Of a DNA stretch of 64,000 bases, positions 53,001 to 61,681 are shown piece by piece. The notes under the pieces were generated by a model, which was not told the origin of the DNA, ran no database searches, and was given only the letters and a program-made list of their open reading frames with translations. Source of the stretch: Priapulus caudatus (lineage: Eukaryota); contig NW_014577070.1 in NCBI RefSeq assembly GCF_000485595.1, forward strand, positions 854,526 through 918,525, given 5' to 3'. Numbering within the stretch: position 1 is the first letter of the stretch; each line of letters starts with the position of its first letter. Position numbers and translations under genes: made by a program.

Positions 53001-56000
53001 TTAAGCCCCAAATGCCTGTTGAGGTTTCCTTTGATATTACTACAGAGGAAAGCAGGGAAGTTGAGATGCAAATTCAACCAACAGTACCGATGGAAGTTTC
53101 TGTTGATATAACTACAGAGGAATTCACGGAGGTAGAGATGGAAGTTAAGCCCCAAATGCCTGATGAGGTTTCCATTGAGATACCTACAGAGGAAGGCAGG
53201 GAAGTTGAGATGCAAATTCAACCATCAGTACCGATGGACGTTTCTATTGATTTATCTACAGAAGAATTCAAGGAGGTGGAGATGGAAGTTAATCCCCAAA
53301 CGCCTGATGAGATTTCCATTGATATACCTACAGAGGAAAGCAGTTGATATAACTACAGAAGAATTCAAGGAGGTGGAGATGGAAGTTCAGCCAGAAGTGC
53401 CTGCTGAGGTGTCCATTGATATACCTACAGAGGAAAGCAGGGAAGTTGAGATGCAAATTCAACCATCAGTACCGATGGACGTTTTTCTTGATTTATCTAC
53501 AGAAGAATTCAAGGAGGTGGAGATGGAAGTTAAGCCCCAAATGCCTGATGAGATTTCCATTGATATACCTACAGAGGAAAGCAGGGAAGTTGAGATGCAA
53601 ATTCAACCATCAGTACCGATGGACGCTTCTATTGATTTATATACAGAAGAATTCAAGGAGGTGGAGATGGAAGTTAAGCCCCAAATGTCTGATGCGGTTT
53701 CCATTGATATACCTACAGAGGAAAGTAGGGAAGTTGAGATGCAAATTCAACCAAGAGTACCGGTGGAAGTTTCTATTGATATAACTACAGAAGAATTCAA
53801 GGAGGTGGAGATGGAAGTTCAGCCAGAAGTGCCTGCTGAGGTGTCCATCGATATAACTACAGAGGAAAGTAAGGAAGTGGAGATGCAAATTCAACCAATA
53901 ATACCGGTGGAAGTTTCTGTTGATATAACTACAGAAGAATTCAAGGAGGTGGAGATGGAGGTGAAGCCAGAAGTGCCTGTTGAGGTTTCCTTTGATATGA
54001 GTACAGAAGAAAGTAGGGAAGTGGAGATGGTAGTTCAACCACAATCCCCTGATGTGGTAGGCATAGAGATGCCATTGGAAACCAGTGGGGGTGCGATCAC
54101 AATGAATGTGCCTAGGCCAGAACTTACTGATGCGTTTACTATTGAGTCTCCAACTGATATTGGAGTTGTTGAAATTGCTGAAGAAGATGTGTCACTGGAA
54201 CTGGCGGATCAGACGGTTTTGCTCAAGACCAGCGGCGAGCACGAAGTTACAGGTTTGTTACTATGCTGTATGGTTTGCTCGCTTTGCATTCATAAAGTCG
54301 CAAAACGCAAAGAGCGATTACGCTTTACGTGCGGTTAATGCAAATAGACTATTCCTTAGGTTCAATATCGTTTGAATTAGGTAGATTTATATGATATATT
54401 TCCAATTGATTATTCTGTTGTTCAGTTGTTTCTTGTGCATTTTGTGTGTCTCAGCTTGTAGGTTTACAAGATATGACCTTTGCCTCCAATATGACCTTGA
54501 TGTGCCCAGTTTAATATTTATTTACATATACCATAACTGTGATTGAATTTCCACCCTTACATCTATTATGCATATTTTACATAATGATTTATATTGAGTA
54601 ATTTAATACACTTATAATCGCTCTAATGTCATGTGAGTCTTAATACAATACGAACACGTTTTAACATATAACAAATTAGATACATTATCGATTTTATCAA
54701 TATGTATCATATAATAATGATTTCCCTAATTAATATTACTAGTAATTAATTCCATTTCAAATACATTCTCATAGTGGAAATGGAATTTACTTGCAACTAT
54801 AAAATGAAGTGACCAAAGAGGCGGAAATGAAAATGCGGAATATAGTGACAAAGGAGGCATGGAATCTATTGAGACATGAGTAATTGTGGTGACAATTGAC
54901 ATTGGTGATCAGAAATAAATTAGGTGATGATCGATTAGGTATGTAAGATGGTAATGAAATCGAATGGACAGTAATATGGCATGGTGAAATGGCACGAAAA
55001 TCATTCCACGTGAGAAAAAAAAATTATTTTCCAATTTACGTTGCTATCCAATGCACAGAAATGCGCATTGACCGTTGTTGCAAAATGCCGAAATATATCT
55101 AACTGTTGTTTAAATAAAAAATTAGTAACACAATGGTTTTCGCGTTTTTGAGATGTGTTTTTTCGCGTTTATGACGTTAAACACTGAATGTACCATACGT
55201 TACATTATACTATGTTATGCGTATTAGGTATGCAACCCTGAATGTAATCACGTTTCTACAACAAGCAGCACAAGATTTATGAGTTATGTAGGTAAAATTC
55301 ACCCGTGTATTAGGCGAAGGGGATATACCTATATTGACTGATGAAATGAAGGAGTCATAAGTGAATATTTCCCTGAAGATTGTCTGACAGAGGTACAATT
55401 AAATAAAGGCACTGGCGAAATCAAAGATGTTAGATTAATAGCGTTAATTCGGAAGAAGTAGAGATGTTATGCAGAACGTGTAAAGAAAAGGGAACCAAGG
55501 GCAACTTATGCCGTCATTCGTCACATATTTAAGCCAAAACGGAATATATATGACATATTTTAGTTTCAAACAGTCACCGAAAAACAACCACGTGGAAATT
55601 CAGATCCAGCAATCTTGGAATTTAATAAAAACAATGTAAAAACGTAAGCATTTTGATACTGTAATTCAGCTGCCGATTGTGAAAGAAATCGAACTAGATG
55701 TGAGGATAAGAGGAATAAAGATGTTAAGGTTCAGACACTTGTAGCAGAAGTGGGAATCCAAACACATATTTCAGAAAAATCGTGCCTGCGATGTGTAGAG
55801 GCAATTCCATTGTACTGAGGGCTCTTTATTTTATGGACATATTTAACCGAATATTGTTGCTTTGTTAGCCCTAAGCCTGTGAAATCTAATGTGGTTGCAG
55901 TACTGTTTTGATGGGCCATCGCGTTTTAGATTTACGGGTGCTGCTACCGCGGGTACAGAAATATTAAGATCAACATATTAGTTTACATTATATATGATTT

Positions 56001-59000
56001 CCTTTGATTTTTTAAATCAATACATTCCAAAATTGAGACCCTGTATTCTCTTGGTCCTTCATAATATATCTGAGATATTGTAAATTAATATTACTTGTGA
56101 TAATATTCTAAGCAATTAGTGGCTGAGTTTGTCATCAGTATGACTTGCAGAATTGAATTGCGAAGCATATATGGGACAGAAACCCGTGTCATCGATCTAA
56201 ATGCGTAGTCGTTGCTTCCGGTCCATTTTAATAATGGGTTTCTTTCTAATTATTCCTCCGTATGTGTATCATATAAATACGTCTGTATATTCTAATAAAG
56301 ATATCGTTTCACTGCAGTTGTATTAGCCTTTTACATTTTGCACACATTTACACACGATTATCAACATTATTCTATTTTCATCCTACTCTCATGCTTCTCA
56401 CATTTATCACTATTTATTTTCGCTTTTCAACCCGTTTACGACGTTTTCAGTTAGCAGGTATATGGGTAAGTACGACTATGCATTCGTACAAATATTCTTG
56501 TATGTTGCTGGAAAATGTTCAGTAGCGGAAATTTGCGATAATGTTAGTATGAAATGCTTGCGATAATGTTTACATGTGGAGGAATAATGCCAAAGAATAC
56601 TTTTAACGCGTGTCATGATTCGTTTGGCTTTAATCAGAAATCCCAGAAGAGGTTGCTGAGGATGTCACTATTGCAAGGCCTACTCAGGAAGAACTGGAAG
56701 GTAAGTCATATCGTCACCTGGAGAGGTAACATTTGGTAACATTTATTTTGGAAGGACATTTGAGTATTTTATTATATTTATTAATACCTTTGAAGAGACA
56801 TGCCTGTATCACTATAGATATGCAGATGCGTGATAGAAGATTGATGGTAAATGAGGCCATTCACAAGTATTAAAATAACAAATTTTAACATTATAGTAAA
56901 ATTTATCAACAATCGTTTTATCCACAATGCTGCGTTTCATCATCTCGAAGCTTGAGAAATGAACATTTTCATATTTTTATATACACGTATTATGCTTTTA
57001 CAAACTAATTACTCTCTGATCTTGAATTATACCATCTAGAATTCGATGTGGAAGTTGTACCAGAGGTGCCGGAGGAGGTTCCCGAAGAGGTTACAGAAGA
57101 ACTTGTACTGAGGAAGCCAGAAGAAGCCCCAGTAGAAGAGGTAGAGGAGGAAGTGACTCTCACAAGGAAGCCAGTTGAGGAGACAGTAATCGAGGCTGTT
57201 CCAGAGGAGGTTGCCGAAGAGGTTCTCATTGTAGCCCCCACACCAGAGGAATCACCCATAGAAGAGGTTGAGGAAGAGGTTACGTTCAAATCGAAAATAG
57301 AACAGACGCCCACTGAGGCGCCTCAAGAAGTTGCCTTTACCAAAGAAGAGGTTGCAGAAGATATCGTTGAAGGTTTGTTAAAATTCCCCTTTTTCCACAG
57401 ACTGCATGATGAAATAATTGTTATTTAACTTATTTTTTGTTGTTGACAAACGTCTGTTCTTTCTGCATGAATTATTACTCATCTTTCTCTTCGTTTGTGT
57501 ATTGTTATTTGCGTTAGGGAGTGACGCTATTGTATAAAATTGGTTATTACTTTATTCTAGACTTTTAGGTAAAGAAAATTCATCGTTGTTCTATGTACCT
57601 ATTGTATTTATTTCCCCCTTGGTGAAATGGGTTGCTGGGTGACTCTATAACATCCGTGTGCATGTACTATCTCTAAGTACGCCCTTATTCTGACATGATG
57701 TGACCGTTGTCTGCCGTGCCCTTAGAAGATGTAACAGCTGAATTCAAGCCCACAGTGGAGGAGGTACCTGAGGAGGTGGCTGCTGAGGTCACGTTGACCA
57801 AGGCGCCTGAGGCACCTAAACCTGTGGAGGTTGAACAGGAAGGTGTGTCTTGTTATCTCATTCTTTTATGCCATATCACTTCGTAGTTGGCATTATTTTA
57901 ACGTCTGTATTCGTTTCCTCGTGCGTGCGCGCAGGCATGCCAACATATTCACACTTTCTCTATATATATATTTCTTGCTCCCTCTCTTCACCCATTTTCT
58001 TCGTGTAATTTTTTGCCAATGATGCATACTTTGTACTATAATATTTTCACATAGCATTGAATGTGAAAATGTCATCAAAGCATGTGATATCAATTGGTCG
58101 CATCCCTTTCCCGTATTTACCGTTTGTGTTTTACCCCGTAGTTGAGGTTAAAAAACCAGAGAAGAAGAAAAAGAAGAAACCTAAGAAGGAAGAGGTTTCA
58201 GAAGATATTACTATATCTAAGAAAAAACCAGAAGTGCCCGAGGAAGTAGGCGAAGAGCTTACGTTGAAACCGAAAAAGCCAACAGAGGCTCCAGCCGAAG
58301 GTTGTTGGCTGCAGTATAATCGAATAAATTTGATCCAATAATTGAATTCCTCATTTTTATTCTGAGATGCATAACCACGTTCGCATTTTGTATTTTCATG
58401 TCGTTATATGATCTGTGTAAACTTTGTGTAGAATATATTAATATGTTATCAATTGACTAGTAATTAATAATTTCAATGACGCGTTTGGCTTATTTCATTC
58501 TCTATACAACGATTTTCCTCTGTCGTAAATGCGCATAAGTTTTTATGTATATAATATAACTTACTTATACACAAGGCAGGCAAGTTATACGTGTATCAAT
58601 ATAAAATTCTAGAAGTGACCATTGGCCTCACACCTAAGCCGGTGAAAGAAGATTTGGAAGAAGTCAGTGAGGAAATAACGTTTAAACGCCAGGAACCTGT
58701 AGCCGAGGATGTTCAAATGGGTATGTGTGTGTGTTGTCTTAATCAATTAAAAATCACAGTGCTACCAATGATCAAAAATCATAAACTTCTAGGGGGCGTG
58801 GTGATGCAGTGGTGCGCAGTCTGCAGAACAGCAAATTGTTTTCGCATATTTGGTGAAATTACCAAATATGAAACGATTTGTGATTAAAAGAATCGGTGGC
58901 CATTGTAAAGAATATACGCGCTTATTGGAAAAATAATGCAACTATCTGCTTTCAAATTGTACAATTTATCCTTCGTTTGCATTGTGAATGGGTCCGACAG

Positions 59001-60798
59001 TCTAGATAATTGTGCGTACACAACATGCTATATGTATCGTATGTATGTGTGCGTCCGTGCGTGCGTGTGTATATGTGTTTCAGATTTACAGAACGATATA
59101 TATTTCTGGTTTTACTTCTACTAGAGCTGTTACTGGCTTTCTGACTTCCAATTGTAATCAAGGGCGAATTATGGCCACGTACATAATTTAGTGTGGGTAT
59201 TACTTTTAGAAATGACAGCTATGCTGGCACCAGCTGTTATCAGAGATGAAGGAACGCCCGTGGAAGAGGTGCAGGAGGAGGTGAGTCTAGTGCAACCCAC
59301 CAAAGTTGAAGAGGCACCAGAAGAGGTATCCGAAGCATTTGACATCACGGCTCCCGCTAAGAAGAAGAAGAAACCGAAGAAGATCGAGGAGGTCAGCGAA
59401 GAGGTCAGCATGGTCGCTGGAGTCATAGAAGGTTTGTAGATATATCACAATCGTTAAACATAGTGTCTGCTCGTTTGATAACTTTACTGTATATATTGGT
59501 ATGGTGTGGTGTGCGTGCGTGCGTGCGTGCGTGTGTGCGTGTGTGCGTGCGTGCGTGCTAACATGTGCATGCGCGCCTGTGCGTGTGTGTGTGCGTGCGA
59601 GCGTGTGTGTGTGCGTGCGAGCGTGTCTGTATGCGTTGAGTACGTGTGGGCACATAGAAACCGTATTATGGGTGTTAATAAGGGCGACTTTTTATTGTCC
59701 ACATTGTTAATTTTCCCATGTAAAAGCCTGTGTGACTAATCTGTTATTATTCACTCTTGATATTATGATACCTTTCGGTATATACTACAAAACATTCTAT
59801 CGTTACAATTAGGTCATTATTTCATTATCATTACAGTCGTGTATTTATTATTCATGTTTAGAAACTGTGGCTGTTCCGAGGGAGAAGGTAATAGAGGAGC
59901 TAGGGGAGGAGGCAGTTGCATTAGAGATCATTGGCCCTGAAGAGGACGAACCTGTAGAAGGTATGTATCGAATATTTATGATTATAAACAACACTCGGCC
60001 AATTTGTCTACCAACTGGATAATGCCCCGATATACGGGGAATGAACAGCTTTTTTTAAGTTTCACGGGTGATATTTCGTTCTTGGGTCATTGCGGATATT
60101 ATAAATCTCATGATAGGTTTTATGAGCCTATATCTAATTCTGTAGCATTCTAGAAATATAATATATTGCAACTATAACAGCCAATGATGTAGGCTTATTG
60201 TTTTAGAATTAATAGGTCAATACATGGCATATGTAAACTCACTTTAGCGTCCATATAATTTAACTAGAGAGCATGTCAATATCTCTGCTTAACGCTTCAC
60301 TCACGTAATTATAAGCATAATAATTACTGTAATTAGTATTAGTATTACTTTGAAGGCAAACTTATTACTTTAGATAAGAATTAGGGGAAGTTTGTTTGTG
60401 GTGTAACAGTCTTGCATTTGCATCTGAGCAATATGTTCAATTGCTTTCGTATGCAATCGCTAACACGTCGTTCACTTCGGGCATGCGTACAAGGTGCATT
60501 TTGAAGCGGGCATGATTTGCGCGCTCGAATCGTATAATGTGCTGATCGTCACACGTATGTGTATCCTCACCGCATTTCACACAGCGGTCAGCACGCAGAT
60601 ATTGCGACAGATTATCACTGAAACGGGTGATATCGAGGAGATCGCCGAACAGGTCACGTTAAAACGCAAACCCACAGAACCGGAAGAGGCCTGGTGGGAA
60701 GGTATGTCGCGACACACAATTTGCCAAAACGGAAATGCATTCATTCTTCGTTGATGAAAACGGTTCCCGGTATTCAGATGTCATTCACGCCTACGGCA

Positions 60799-60833
<35 letters not shown>

Positions 60834-60880
60834 CGTGCGTGTGTGTGCGCGTGTATGTGTGTGCGTGCGTGCGCGTGCAC

Positions 60881-60937
<57 letters not shown>

Positions 60938-61645
60938 CGTGCGTGCGTGTGCGTGTGCGTGCGTGCGTGTGCGTGTGTGTGTGCGTGGGTGTACGTACGC
61001 ATGCGCGTGTGTTTGTGTGTATGCGTGTGCGTTCGTCCGTGGGTGTAGACTGATAGACAGATTTAGTTACTGGCAACTGTTTCACACGATTTTATGAAAC
61101 TTCGCAAGTGAGACCGGCCGTCCGTAAGCATGAAAATGCATTTGCGGCAGTTTCACAGTTTCATATTCTGACTGAATGTGTTTGTTTGTTTGGCAAATTT
61201 GTACATTTGAAATTTTCTCAATACAAATATTATCGCGTGTTTGCTGTGTTTCGTAGGTGATACATTCTTTATGGATGAGCAATTTTATCAACTATATACA
61301 TTTTTAATAATGCCGTGCGAATCTCACCACATAGAAAATATGGGGTGTATACTAACTATGTTGTAACTAATGCTTTGCTTGGCACGTGTTTAATTTTTCC
61401 CTAACAAGAAGCTTGCTATTCGTATTTAAAGCATGCCATGAACTATTATTAGCTATGAAAAGTTAGAAACATCTCTAAACCTTATAACCATAGTTCATAT
61501 ATATATATATATAGCTTGTTGTGTTTTAGGCTACCCTTTATACCTGCTACTTTAGGAATACCCTGCAATATACAATTTATATATATATAAATTTATATAT
61601 ATACCCATGTAGATATAGAAAAATATGTATTTATATTTTTCTATA

Positions 61646-61681
<36 letters not shown>

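Larger units (their letters stand above)
31430..54252 (+). repeat. Exon array C/D: large exons with a 72-bp (24-aa) coding minisatellite plus 0.85-1.1 kb introns; partly duplicated by assembly
   Basis: Exon copies start at 31430, 33332, 35053, 36912, 38881, 40741, 42460, 44329, 46638, 48889, 50605, 52554. Confidence 0.9.

Noticed and set aside
1221..54044. Many minus-strand S/T/F/L-rich ORFs and alternative-frame R/K/W-rich ORFs
   Set aside because: Shadows of the GAA/GAG-rich PEVK exons; they coincide with the + strand exons and have no independent gene structure.
54253..56400. Long unique intron as a nested gene, internal promoter or transposon
   Set aside because: No convincing ORF, terminal repeats or exon chain; isolated motifs are insufficient.
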